From: a virus
DNA: 64,000 nt
Reading direction: 5' to 3' (one strand)
IMG/VR virus record: IMGVR_UViG_3300021420_000016
Location: 32,001-96,000 of that record
Position 1 is the stretch's first letter, and every line of letters starts with the position of its first letter. Position numbers and translations under genes: made by a program. Under the pieces are notes generated by a model, which made no database searches, was not told where the DNA came from, and worked only from the letters and a program-made list of their open reading frames with translations. Positions 29,728 to 38,626 of this stretch are shown here, piece after piece.

Positions 29728-30219
29728 CTAATCCAGGCCCAGGGACTGGCGGAGTTCGTCTTCGGTCGCGCCGGTCAGTTCTTTTTCGCGCTCCAGCACA
29801 AGGGCCATGGCCACCCGGATCAGCGTGTTCGCGGTGATGCGTCCGCCACGACCGTGCCGGTTTCTGTTGAGCGTGCGGGCGAGAGCCTCTAGATCAGCGA
29901 GTTGTTCAGGCCGCAGGCGCCCTTCCACGCGTATCAACTCAGGGTGCCGGGCTCGCTTGGCGCCAGCGGCGGGGATTCCGTTGTGACGTGGCTTCTCTCG
30001 CTCGATGGCTTCATTTTCGGCGGCTTTTGCGTCAGCAAGGGTGCCGTACCAAACGACGGTCTTTCGCGCAACCTCAGGCCACCAGGGCTTCTCTGCAGCG
30101 TGCTGATCAAAACGCATCCGGGGGTGATAGGTGCGACCGACGGAGAGCAAGCCGTCGGCGGCATCCCAGAGCCGGTACAACGCCGTGGTGTCGTCGGTGA
30201 ACTCCATCGGCTCCGTCAT
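29728..30219 (-). CDS. GIY-YIG-like domain fused to a small DNA-binding domain
   Basis: ALYRLWD..LLSVG.T..P..R..QH..KPWW..AE..AI..E.P.HN (second motif degenerate); C-terminal [11 protein letters not shown]. Confidence 0.65.
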   Translation of the reverse strand: MTEPMEFTDDTTALYRLWDAADGLLSVGRTYHPRMRFDQHAAEKPWWPEVARKTVVWYGTLADAKAAENEAIEREKPRHNGIPAAGAKRARHPELIRVEGRLRPEQLADLEALARTLNRNRHGRGGRITANTLIRVAMALVLEREKELTGATEDELRQSLGLD

Positions 30220-30225
30220 GAGGCC

Positions 30226-30306
30226 CCTATCTGCCCTAGCAAGGCTAGCTGTCCTGATGATACTGCTAGGCCTGCCTGTTCTGCTAGAACTATCATGGCT
30301 GGATAT
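30226..30306 (+). repeat. nine tandem degenerate 9-bp iterons (parS-like)
   Basis: cctatctgc cctagcaag gctagctgt cctgatgat actgctagg cctgcctgt tctgctaga actatcatg gctggatat, upstream of parA. Confidence 0.6.
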
Positions 30307-30388
30307 ACGCCACACTGTCCAATCTATGCTAGATCTATCAGGTCTGCGGGCTTCCGCAGGTCTGATAGATCGTAGTACACTTCCTCGC

Positions 30389-31051
30389 ATGGTCCAAGCA
30401 CGCCTCCGCGAACCGTATGTCGTGGCCGTCGCCTCCCAGAAGGGGGGAGTAGGCAAGACGACACTGGCCCTCGAACTCGCGGCCGCCGTCGCCGCGTCCT
30501 CTGGCCGGGCGCTCCTAGTGGACATTGACCCCCAGCGGTCCGCCGAGGAGATCGTCGCCTCCTCGCGGAACGTGCCGTTCGACTTCGCCGCCGAAGACAA
30601 TCCCGGCGTGCTCAAGCAACTGCGCACCATCCGCGACTACGACACGATCATTGTCGACACCCCGGGCAGTCTGGAACTCGCCGCCATCCTCGACGGCGTC
30701 CTCGCCTCAGCCACGTTCGCGCTCATCCCGATGGTGCCCGAGCGCGCAGCCGTGCAGCCGACCATCCGCACCGCTCGCATGTGCAAGGATCGCGGCGTGC
30801 CTCACCGGGTCGTCATCAACATGGCCGACCCGCTCCGCGGCCAGGGGCCCGTGGACGCGGCATGGCGGCTCCTGGATGAACTGGAGATCCCGCGGATGCG
30901 ATCCAAGGTGCGCCGGTACGTGAGCCACAGCCAAGCGCAGCTCGACGGGCAGATGATTACCGAGTACCACGGGGACCGGTCCTGGCAGGCCGCCCTCAGT
31001 GACATCAGGGGGGTTCAGGCCGAAATGCTCCTGGAACTGGGGAGACGATGA
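30389..31051 (+). CDS. parA: ParA family partition ATPase
   Basis: QKGGVGKTT deviant Walker A, VDIDPQ, IVDTPG. Confidence 0.92.
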   Translation: MVQARLREPYVVAVASQKGGVGKTTLALELAAAVAASSGRALLVDIDPQRSAEEIVASSRNVPFDFAAEDNPGVLKQLRTIRDYDTIIVDTPGSLELAAILDGVLASATFALIPMVPERAAVQPTIRTARMCKDRGVPHRVVINMADPLRGQGPVDAAWRLLDELEIPRMRSKVRRYVSHSQAQLDGQMITEYHGDRSWQAALSDIRGVQAEMLLELGRR

Positions 31052-31383
31052 TGGCGCGCAGGGACCTAGCTGCCCTGGTGGGCACGCGCGACCCAGCGCC
31101 GGAGCCCGCCGCTACTCAGCCGCCGCCGGTGCCGTCAGTCATCTCTGCTAGACCTGCGAGGCCTGCCAGAACTGCTAGAGTACCCCGGCCGACTCCGCCG
31201 CCGGCGGATATGACGATGCGCAGTTGGTACATGCCGCGGCGAGCTGCGAGTCGCCTTGCGGAACTCGTGGACGACATCCACTACGGCACCAGGTTGCCCA
31301 AGCACCTGATCATGGCAGCCGCGGTGGACGTCCTGGACCGCCATCGTGAAGAAATCGAAACCGAGGCTAGGGGGCAAGCATGA
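31048..31383 (+). CDS. small ParA partner (probable centromere-binding protein)
   Basis: Coupled to parA; disordered N-terminus plus RHH-like C-terminus; contains four 9-bp iterons at 31144-31179. Confidence 0.6.
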   Translation: MMARRDLAALVGTRDPAPEPAATQPPPVPSVISARPARPARTARVPRPTPPPADMTMRSWYMPRRAASRLAELVDDIHYGTRLPKHLIMAAAVDVLDRHREEIETEARGQA

Positions 31384-31730
31384 GCGCGCCGGCCGTGAGT
31401 AAGTGGTGGTACTTAGACCTCGCCGCCGAGTTCCCCGAACTAGAGATCTACATGGGCGGCTGGAAGTCCGGGCAGGAGAGGGACCTGCTTGAACTCGGAG
31501 ATCGAGTCATGATCGAGGAATCCGGCTGGCTAGCGACATGGGTCTACTCGAAACTGCGTGAACGGGTATGGGCGGGTGTCATCTACATGCTCCGCTCTGT
31601 GCAGGAGCGGGCGCGCGAGAGGGATCCAGACGCACTGGAACTGGATAACATTCCTTCAGACTGGCGCCCCGACCTCGAAGCATGGGAACGAGACCGCAGG
31701 TATCCACTGCTGGCCGGTGATGGCGAATGA
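31380..31730 (+). CDS. hypothetical protein
   Basis: ATGA coupling at both ends. Confidence 0.55.
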   Translation: MSAPAVSKWWYLDLAAEFPELEIYMGGWKSGQERDLLELGDRVMIEESGWLATWVYSKLRERVWAGVIYMLRSVQERARERDPDALELDNIPSDWRPDLEAWERDRRYPLLAGDGE

Positions 31731-32074
31731 GCGGCCACCCGACGGTCACCGTCGTGCATCCGGCCGGCGGTGCCGCCGAAATCGATATTCTCATGGCGGG
31801 CCTGATCCGCGAATGCTGGCGGCTCGGCATCGGCACGTCGGAATGCTGTCAGGAAGCAGTGCCTGGCACGGCAGAGATCGGGTTCCTGACCCTTGGCGAC
31901 ATGGAACGCTTCTACGACCTGATCGCCGGCCCCTGCGGCGACAGCCTGTTTTACGCCTGGAGATGGGATCTGTGGGCAGACGCAGGCCTGCGCGGCGAGC
32001 TGCACTTCCCGGCCAGTCAGATCGAGTGGCTGACGGAACGCCTCGCAGCCCAGCAGGCGGTGAAACATGCCTAG
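31727..32074 (+). CDS. hypothetical protein
   Basis: EID..MA.LI...W..GI.T..CCQ motif; coupled. Confidence 0.55.
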   Translation: MSGHPTVTVVHPAGGAAEIDILMAGLIRECWRLGIGTSECCQEAVPGTAEIGFLTLGDMERFYDLIAGPCGDSLFYAWRWDLWADAGLRGELHFPASQIEWLTERLAAQQAVKHA

Positions 32075-32336
32075 GTCTGGCAGGCCACCTGCGAGACGGC
32101 CGGAGTTGACCGCGCGCGGAGTCAAGATGATGCTGACCCGCGACAGGGTTGACTACTCCACGCTGAGGATCACTGATGACCCGGCAGTGTGGACCGACGT
32201 CGAGACCGGGGCCAGCCACACGTCGGTAGTGATCGAGGGACCGGAGGAAGCCCGATGGCAGGCCGCCTGCGTACTGTTCGGCAAGGGCCTGAGCAACGCG
32301 CCCTACTCCGATTACGACATGTGGTCACGGGCATGA
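32067..32336 (+). CDS. hypothetical protein
   Basis: Overlapping gene in operon. Confidence 0.45.
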   Translation: MPRSGRPPARRPELTARGVKMMLTRDRVDYSTLRITDDPAVWTDVETGASHTSVVIEGPEEARWQAACVLFGKGLSNAPYSDYDMWSRA

Positions 32337-32743
32337 GCGCGGCATCATGTGGTTGCCCCGAAGATGACGGCCTAGTCCGCCACCAGAGAGGGCTCTGTAC
32401 CGATCCGGCCGTGGCTAGGCTCGGCTGGTATTTCGAGCCGGCCGAGAGCGCCCCGCAGTGCCCGCCATGGTGCACGAAGGACCACGGGAAAGACTGCGGC
32501 GTGGCCTCCGGTGTGCACTTCACCCAGTTCTCGTGGCCTCGGGATTACGGCGGCCCCTCGGTATCCCTCCATCAAGCCCCTCAAGGCGCGCCGGCGCTCT
32601 ACTTCGCCGGCGTCCGCATCGACCCGCTCGACGCCGGGTTGCTGGCTAGTGCGATGCGGCGACTTGGCCACCCGGATGTCGCTGCGGCCATCGCCGAGAT
32701 GGCCGCCTTGGCCGATGGGTCAGATCGGGGGAGCGAGCAATGA
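32333..32743 (+). CDS. hypothetical protein
   Basis: CPPWC...H..H motif; ATGA coupling. Confidence 0.5.
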   Translation: MSAASCGCPEDDGLVRHQRGLCTDPAVARLGWYFEPAESAPQCPPWCTKDHGKDCGVASGVHFTQFSWPRDYGGPSVSLHQAPQGAPALYFAGVRIDPLDAGLLASAMRRLGHPDVAAAIAEMAALADGSDRGSEQ

Positions 32744-33252
32744 GCGCCGCCGAACTTCCTGACCTGCCGATAGAGCACGCGGTGCGCCCCCAGCCGCCGT
32801 GGCGCACCACAGCGCTGCTCACCGAATGCGGCCGCCCCGTCGACTCGGTCACCGTCATCACCCGGGACCAGCTCATCGCCAAGGTCAAGCGCCAAGGGCA
32901 GCAGCGAGCCGCGTTCACGACCTGCATGGTGTGCTGGCACAAGTGCCGCCACAACCACGCCTGGGACGTGGATCCCGTCGGCTGCCTGATGCGCGAGGCG
33001 GCCCGGTACGAGCACGCTTCCAGGCTCCGCATCTATTTCGGCGGCAACGAGCTACGCGACGCTGCCGAGAGCCAGCGGGCCGCTGATGCGAGTCGGTTCC
33101 GCGACGAACTGTTCGCTATCGCTGCCCTGATCGAGGCGCACCGGCCTGAGTTCGATGGATACTGCGAGGGACTGGCCGCAACAGGCAATCTCACTGAGAG
33201 GCGCACAGCCCGCCGGGCGGCGCAGTGGCGCGCGAAGGGAAGCCGGCAGTGA
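32740..33252 (+). CDS. hypothetical protein
   Basis: H..R..PPWR..TECG..CMVC motif; coupled. Confidence 0.55.
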   Translation: MSAAELPDLPIEHAVRPQPPWRTTALLTECGRPVDSVTVITRDQLIAKVKRQGQQRAAFTTCMVCWHKCRHNHAWDVDPVGCLMREAARYEHASRLRIYFGGNELRDAAESQRAADASRFRDELFAIAALIEAHRPEFDGYCEGLAATGNLTERRTARRAAQWRAKGSRQ

Positions 33253-33593
33253 ATGTCTACTTGGCTGCGAGCTGGTCGCTGAAGAATGAAATGCGGCAGG
33301 TCCGCAAGCTCCTGAACCAAGCAGGGCATCGGGTCACCTCGCGCTGGCTGGATGAGCCTGCAGAGCAGGGCCTGGCCGCACATGATCTCGCGGATGATCA
33401 CGAGATCGGGGCTAGGCACGCGGCGCAGGTTCTGGAAGATATCGATGCGCGACCACTGCCGGGCTGGTACCGGGAGGGCTTCGAGGGCGGCCAGCTCCGG
33501 TGGATCACCGATGAGGTGCACGGACGGGCCGGCATCTGGTTCCGCGAGATCGCGGAGGTTCCCATCGCCGCACAGGAGACTGTCCGTGCCTGA
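33249..33593 (+). CDS. nucleoside 2-deoxyribosyltransferase-like protein, apparently truncated or chimeric
   Basis: VYLAASW..GHRVTSRWL..EDID N-terminus; later G...E motif absent. Confidence 0.5.
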   Translation: MNVYLAASWSLKNEMRQVRKLLNQAGHRVTSRWLDEPAEQGLAAHDLADDHEIGARHAAQVLEDIDARPLPGWYREGFEGGQLRWITDEVHGRAGIWFREIAEVPIAAQETVRA

Positions 33594-33819
33594 CGATCAC
33601 CGGGAAACCGAGGAGTGGCAGCCGGGTGGCGAACTGCCTCGCCTTGAGGATGCGACGGAGGGCGATCTGCGTTTGGCTGCGGTCACGCTGGGGCCGCTGG
33701 CCATGTACGGCGGCTTCCTGCGGGCTGTGCTGGCCGGCATCTACGCCGAACGGGCGCATCAGGCGCTCCTGAAGGCAGACCAGGACGCCGTGGCCGACGA
33801 TGACGTGGTTGCACCGTGA
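33586..33819 (+). CDS. hypothetical protein
   Basis: GTG start after AGGAG. Confidence 0.4.
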   Translation: MPDDHRETEEWQPGGELPRLEDATEGDLRLAAVTLGPLAMYGGFLRAVLAGIYAERAHQALLKADQDAVADDDVVAP

Positions 33820-33964
33820 GCACACTCTTTTTCGCGTTCCTCGGCGGCCTTGCTGGCGTCGCCTGTTTCGCGATCGGCTGGTGGGCGCGGGGGTTTTGGG
33901 ATCAGCGCGGAGGATCCGGTGGGTGGGGACATTCGGGCTTTTAGCTTGCATGTAGGAAGGATGC

Positions 33965-34418
33965 ATGGTGGATCAACTGCCGGAGGTGTCCGAGGACGCC
34001 GTTCAGCGGGCAGCCGAGGTGATGCTGCGACAGTACGACCGCCGGTATTCCTCCGGGCATCTCACGTGGCGAGACTTCGCCGATGACGCCCGCGAGATCC
34101 TCACCGTCGCCCTGGCTCCGCCTCCCGGGGAATTGGAGCCGGCCGAGCGACCGGCGTTCGAGGGGGAGGTTCCCGGCGGCTGTGAACTGGTGGCTGTTCC
34201 GGACCCGAACTGGCGGCTGGTGAGCGGGAAGCGCTGCCGGCGCCAGGAGGCTTTCCATCGGGTGTGCGTTAACCCGGCCGTGGCTGAGTTCTGTCGTGCC
34301 CATGGTCATTCATTGGTGGGGGTACTGCCCGGCGCACATGTATGGCCGGTGGGTCGAGAACGGCCGGGTCATGCACTGGACGCTGCGCGAGAAAGGCCCC
34401 AGCCCTCGCGGGGGGTGA
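33965..34418 (+). pseudogene. hypothetical gene frameshifted by a CATT duplication
   Basis: Removing one CATT at 34307-34314 joins the ORF to HWWGYCPAHMYGRWVENGRVMHW..stop. Confidence 0.5.
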
Positions 34419-34462
34419 GGGGCTATCCTGTCATACCTTACGGGCGAAGGAGGTGAGCGGTC

Positions 34463-35983
34463 ATGCCGACCGAGATGCGACTAGCCCAGCGGGCGTTCCG
34501 GTTCGCCCTCGACCCCACCCCCCGGCAAGCCCGCATGTTCGCCTCCCATGCTGGCGGCGCCCGGTTCGCCTACAACTGGGGTAACGCGCAGATCATCGCC
34601 GCACTGGACGCCCGGCAAGCCGAGAAAGATGCAGGTGCCGAGCCGACGGTGAAGACGCCGTCCCATTTTGACCTGTGCAAGGCGTGGACGGCGTGGAAGA
34701 ACGAGCACGCCGCCGATCCCGAGCCCGCCGACGGTGAGCGGCGCACGAACACCGCCTGGGTCGCGGAGAACTTCGTCGGCACCTACCAGGCCGCGCTCCG
34801 GGACGCCGCGAAGGCGTGGTCGGACTTCTTCGCCTCCCGCTCAGGGAAGCGAAAGGGGCGCCGTCTCGGCCGACCCCGGTTCAAGAAGAAGGGCAAGTCC
34901 CGGGACTCGTTCCAGGTGCACGGCGGGACGCTGCGCATGGAGGACGCCGTGCACGTGACGCTGCCGAAGATCGGCACGATCACGGTGATGTCGGACGATT
35001 CCCTGCACCCGGCGATGCGGCGCAGCCGCGCCCGCGCCACCCACCTCGCGCCGCGGCACATGGGCAACCGGCGGCGCGCCCGGACGCTGTGGCGGGCCCT
35101 CCGGCGCGGCGGGGGCGCCCGGCTGATCCGCGGGACCGTCACGCGCGGCGCCGATGGCCTGTGGTGGCTGTCGCTGACCGCCGAAATCCCCCTGCAGGTG
35201 CGCGCGTCCCCGTCCCGCGCCCAGCAGGAGGGGGGGATGATCGGCGCCGACTTTGGGGTGCGCGAGGTCGCCACGTTCTCCAACGGGGTGACGATCCGCA
35301 ACTCGCGCCACCTGGAAGCCGCCCTGGCCGAGCTGCGGGCCGCGCAGAAGGCCCTGTCCCGGTGTCAGAAGGACTCCATGCGCCGCGAAAAGGCCAAAGC
35401 TCGCATTGGCGTAATCCACGCCGACGTGGCCCGGCTCCGCGAAACCGCCCTGCACCGGGCGACGACCGTCCTGGTCCGCCAGCACGACGTGATCGCAATG
35501 GAAGGCTGGGACGTGCAGCAGGTCATGCGCGGCGGCTCCAAGGACGTCCCCCGGCGGATCCGCCGGGACCGGAACCGGGCCCTGGCTGACACCGGGGTCG
35601 GGATGGCCCGGCAGATGCTTTCGTACAAGGGCCCGCAGATGGGTGCCATCGTGATGGTGACCGATCCGCAGGCCAAGACTGGGCGGACGTGCTCAGTGTG
35701 CAGGACGCCAAGAACCACGGCCCTGCCACCGCATCATGAGATGTTCACCAGCGATCAGTGCGGTCACGTCCTAGACCGGCGCCTCAACACGGCGCAGGCC
35801 CTCGCGGGCTGGGCCGCACAGGAGCTATCCAAGCGCGGGCCGGCGCCTGCCGGCCCGTCACGGCCTCGTGGAGGGAACGTAAGGCCTGCCGCTGACCGCA
35901 AGGTTGGCGGTGGGCGGTCCCCGGTGAAGCGAGCAGCCAGCACCCGGCTTGGCCGGGGTGAGCCTGGCACTCCCGGCGGGTAA
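34463..35983 (+). CDS. tnpB: TnpB/Cas12f-like RNA-guided RuvC protein, probably nuclease-inactive, adjacent to CRISPR array
   Basis: RAFRFALDPT..HAGGARFAYNWG, PRFKKK, RuvC-I IGADFG, RuvC-II AMEGW, CSVC..SDQC; RuvC-III reads DRRLNTA instead of DRDxNAA; AGGAGG RBS. Confidence 0.9.
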   Translation: MPTEMRLAQRAFRFALDPTPRQARMFASHAGGARFAYNWGNAQIIAALDARQAEKDAGAEPTVKTPSHFDLCKAWTAWKNEHAADPEPADGERRTNTAWVAENFVGTYQAALRDAAKAWSDFFASRSGKRKGRRLGRPRFKKKGKSRDSFQVHGGTLRMEDAVHVTLPKIGTITVMSDDSLHPAMRRSRARATHLAPRHMGNRRRARTLWRALRRGGGARLIRGTVTRGADGLWWLSLTAEIPLQVRASPSRAQQEGGMIGADFGVREVATFSNGVTIRNSRHLEAALAELRAAQKALSRCQKDSMRREKAKARIGVIHADVARLRETALHRATTVLVRQHDVIAMEGWDVQQVMRGGSKDVPRRIRRDRNRALADTGVGMARQMLSYKGPQMGAIVMVTDPQAKTGRTCSVCRTPRTTALPPHHEMFTSDQCGHVLDRRLNTAQALAGWAAQELSKRGPAPAGPSRPRGGNVRPAADRKVGGGRSPVKRAASTRLGRGEPGTPGG

Positions 35984-36064
35984 CTGCTGGGCGTCCCCAC
36001 ACTGCCCGGATCGGGCTGCCTAACTCAATAGCGGAATCGCTTACAAACGTACAGGTCAAGAAGT
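35984..36064 (+). promoter_or_regulatory. CRISPR leader
   Basis: AT-richer 81 bp ending CAGGTCAAGAAGT, resembling actinobacterial type I-E leader ends. Confidence 0.65.
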
Positions 36065-36521
36065 GTCCGGTCCGCGAGCGCGGGGGCGACGGGTCTTCAG
36101 CGGGAAGGTGCAGCTCTGCGAGCAGGTCCGGTCCGCGAGCGCGGGGGCGACGGGTGTGGGTACTCTGCGCGGGTTCAGCACAGGTTGTCCGGTTCGCGAG
36201 CGCGGGGGCGACGGGATTACGGTGCGATGGAAGCCGAAACCTTCAACGTCCGGTCCGCGAGCGCGGGGGCGACGGGTGCCCTCTCGCGACAGAGGTCCTC
36301 AGCACAGCGCGTCCGGTCCGCGAGCGCGGGGGCGACGGGGGAGTGCACCCGGAATGGCCCGCGCCAAGCGCGTCCGGTCCGCGAGCGCGGGGGCGACGGG
36401 GCGCCGAACTGCGAATTCGGTAGGGGCGTGTGGTCCGGTCCGCGAGCACGGGGGGGGCGACGGTGCCTCAGTCCAGCGCCGCCGCCGATGAAGCGGGCGG
36501 TCCGGTCCGCGGGCGCGGGGG
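36065..36521 (+). CRISPR. CRISPR array: 8 repeats (last two degenerate), 7 spacers, type I-E-like repeat
   Basis: 29-nt repeat GTCCGGTCCGCGAGCGCGGGGGCGACGGG at 36065, 36126, 36187, 36248, 36311, 36372, 36433 and 36500; unique spacers mostly 32 nt (61-bp period). Confidence 0.97.
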
Positions 36522-36571
36522 ATCCGGAACTTCTTGCCGATCCGGAACTTCATGTGGTTGGGTTGGTAGCC

Positions 36572-36848
36572 ATGCGCGGTGCGGAGCCGACCAAGCCGAT
36601 TGAATTAGCGCGGGTGGCCGACCAGCTCACCTTTCTCTACGTCGAGCACGCCCGGGTGGACCGCGACGTCAATGCCGTGACCGTTCAGCAGGTCTCCGGG
36701 ATCGCTCATGTTCCGGTGGCCACCCTCGCTGCGTTACTACTGGGCCCGGGAACCCGGATCACCCACGCCGCGATCACGCTGCTTGCCGGAAGCGGATGTA
36801 GCGTGCTGTGGGCCGGCGAACAAGGCGTGCGCCTTTATGCGGGTGCGG
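36572..36848 (+). pseudogene. cas1: type I-E Cas1, N-terminal ~90 aa only
   Basis: LTFLYVEHARVDRD..VP...LAALLLGPGTRITHAA..LL...GCSVLW.GEQGVRLYA; catalytic domain missing. Confidence 0.9.
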
Positions 36849-37043
36849 CTCGGCGTCGTCAAGGGCGGCGGGTCGGCGCTGATGGTGATCGCCGACCATG
36901 ACCGTGAGCAGGGATTCACGGTACTAGCTGCAGGTGAGGACCGGTGGGTTCCCGTCGACTTCGAGGGACTGGCCCTGATGGTCCGGCCGGCCCGGAGCGG
37001 CGCTCCCCCGGCCGTTTCGGATGGCCCTATGCAAGTCCGATAA
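36849..37043 (+). pseudogene. cas2: type I-E Cas2, C-terminal half, out of frame with cas1
   Basis: GSALMV..DREQGF..RWVPVDFEGLALMVRP. Confidence 0.8.
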
Positions 37044-37129
37044 TACATGTTATCGTTGGTGTCATGAGTAGCAGATCAGCAGGCCCCAGCGGCGCCTACA
37101 CATCTGGTGATGGCAAGCGGAAATCCTCC

Positions 37130-37348
37130 ATGGGTCACGCCCGTCACGCCTGGACGTGCCCCTGTGGCAAGACCGTCCGGGGCAACGGCGGCCGGGCGTC
37201 TCACCGCCGCGCCTGCGACATCTGGGCTGAGGAAGAACTAGCCCGGCTGAAGCGAATGCTCGCCGATGTTCCAGCCGCACAGTATGAGGTGCGGCGTCAA
37301 TGGGAGGCCCGGCGAGACCACCTGAAGGAAAGGCTTGGCCATGACTGA
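37130..37348 (+). CDS. small zinc-finger-like protein
   Basis: CPCG..GNGG..SH.R.C. Confidence 0.5.
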   Translation: MGHARHAWTCPCGKTVRGNGGRASHRRACDIWAEEELARLKRMLADVPAAQYEVRRQWEARRDHLKERLGHD

Positions 37349-38516
37349 GATCGCCCTGCAGGGCCAAGTCGTCCCGGCCGTCACGCAGCCCGGGGATCCC
37401 CGCAGCGAACTCCTCGCCAGGCTCACCGCCGCCTGGCTGACCCGGCAGGAATCCCCTCACACCCGCGTAGCGTACGAGCGCGATCTCCGCGACTGGCTCG
37501 CCTGGTGCGCCAGCCGGGAGGTTCATCCGCTGACCGCACGCATGAGCGACGTGGACGACTGGATCGCCGCACAGCGGGAGACGCCGGGCCGGCGCGGAGG
37601 CTCGGCTCCCAAGTACCCCGACGAGGCCATAGCTGCCGCATACGTGCGCTGGAAGGCCGGTAAAGCCCCCGGCGGCGTGCCTGTCTCCAAGGCCGCGCTG
37701 GCCCGGGAAATTGGCATGTTCCCCAATGCGCTCGCCAGCAGGTTCAGGAAACTGGAGCGCGACCTCACCGCAGGGACTCCGCAGGGCGCGTCCAAGCGGA
37801 GCATCGCCCGGCGCGTTTACGCCGTCCGGTCCTGGTACAAGTACCTGATCCGGAACACCCGAAGCGACCCGGTGCCGCTCATCGCCTACAATCCGGCGGA
37901 CACCGACGCCACTCCCAAGGTGAAGAAAGGCGACTCCCCCACCCGTGCGCTCAGCCGGGCCGAGGCCGACCGGCTCATCGCGGTCGCCGACGCCGACAGT
38001 CCCCGGTCCTCGGCGATCATCCGCCTCATGCTCACCAACGCTGACCGCCGCAGTTCTGTCGTGGCCATCGACATCCCCGACCTCGGCTGGGACCAGGGTC
38101 ACCGGACCGTTACCAGGCGCATCAAGGAAGGCCGGACAGTCCGTGACCCCATCCCCCCGCCGACCGCTCGCGCCATTGACGCCTACCTTGACTGGCGGGG
38201 CAACCCGCAAGACGGTCCATTGTTCGTCGCCAGTACCGGGAATCGGCTTAGTGACCAGCATCTGTACGACCTCGTGCCCCGGCTGGCCCGGGAAGCAGAT
38301 ATCCCGGACCCGGAAGAGGTCACCCCACACGGTCTGCGCGCCACCGCCATCACCGAAACGATCGTCGCCACCGGCGACATGTCCCTAGCCCAGGATCTCG
38401 CCCACCATCAGCACATGGACACCACGATGATCTACAACAAAGTCCGGGGGGATCTCGACCGCCACGCAGCGTATGTCCTCGCCACGCGGTACGGCGCCAA
38501 AGACGCGAGCGGCTAA
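37341..38516 (+). CDS. tyrosine recombinase (Xer/integrase-like) with internal HTH insertion
   Basis: SPHTRVAYERDL N-domain; R (NADRRS), K, TPHGLR, H and TTMIY catalytic motifs. Confidence 0.88.
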   Translation: MTEIALQGQVVPAVTQPGDPRSELLARLTAAWLTRQESPHTRVAYERDLRDWLAWCASREVHPLTARMSDVDDWIAAQRETPGRRGGSAPKYPDEAIAAAYVRWKAGKAPGGVPVSKAALAREIGMFPNALASRFRKLERDLTAGTPQGASKRSIARRVYAVRSWYKYLIRNTRSDPVPLIAYNPADTDATPKVKKGDSPTRALSRAEADRLIAVADADSPRSSAIIRLMLTNADRRSSVVAIDIPDLGWDQGHRTVTRRIKEGRTVRDPIPPPTARAIDAYLDWRGNPQDGPLFVASTGNRLSDQHLYDLVPRLAREADIPDPEEVTPHGLRATAITETIVATGDMSLAQDLAHHQHMDTTMIYNKVRGDLDRHAAYVLATRYGAKDASG

Positions 38517-38626
38517 CGGGCACCCGGTACTGCCGGTTCTGCTCAGTGATCCTCGAAAAGGCGTAAAAGGGAAGGCGCGGCCGGGCACCCTCGGAGTGTG
38601 TCCGGCCGCGCCCGTTTCCCGCGTTT

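Noticed and set aside
30131-30388. Leu-periodic N-terminal extension of ParA
   Set aside because: Artefact of translating the 9-bp iterons; the likely start is ATG 30389.
34463-35983. Active IS200/IS605 or IS607 insertion sequence
   Set aside because: No tnpA nearby, no recognisable element ends, and the RuvC-III Asp is missing.
36216-36224. Spacer 3 match (ATTACGGTG) to 21338-21346
   Set aside because: Only 9 nt; expected by chance.
36063-36553. ORFs across the CRISPR array
   Set aside because: Repetitive translations of the repeats; not coding.
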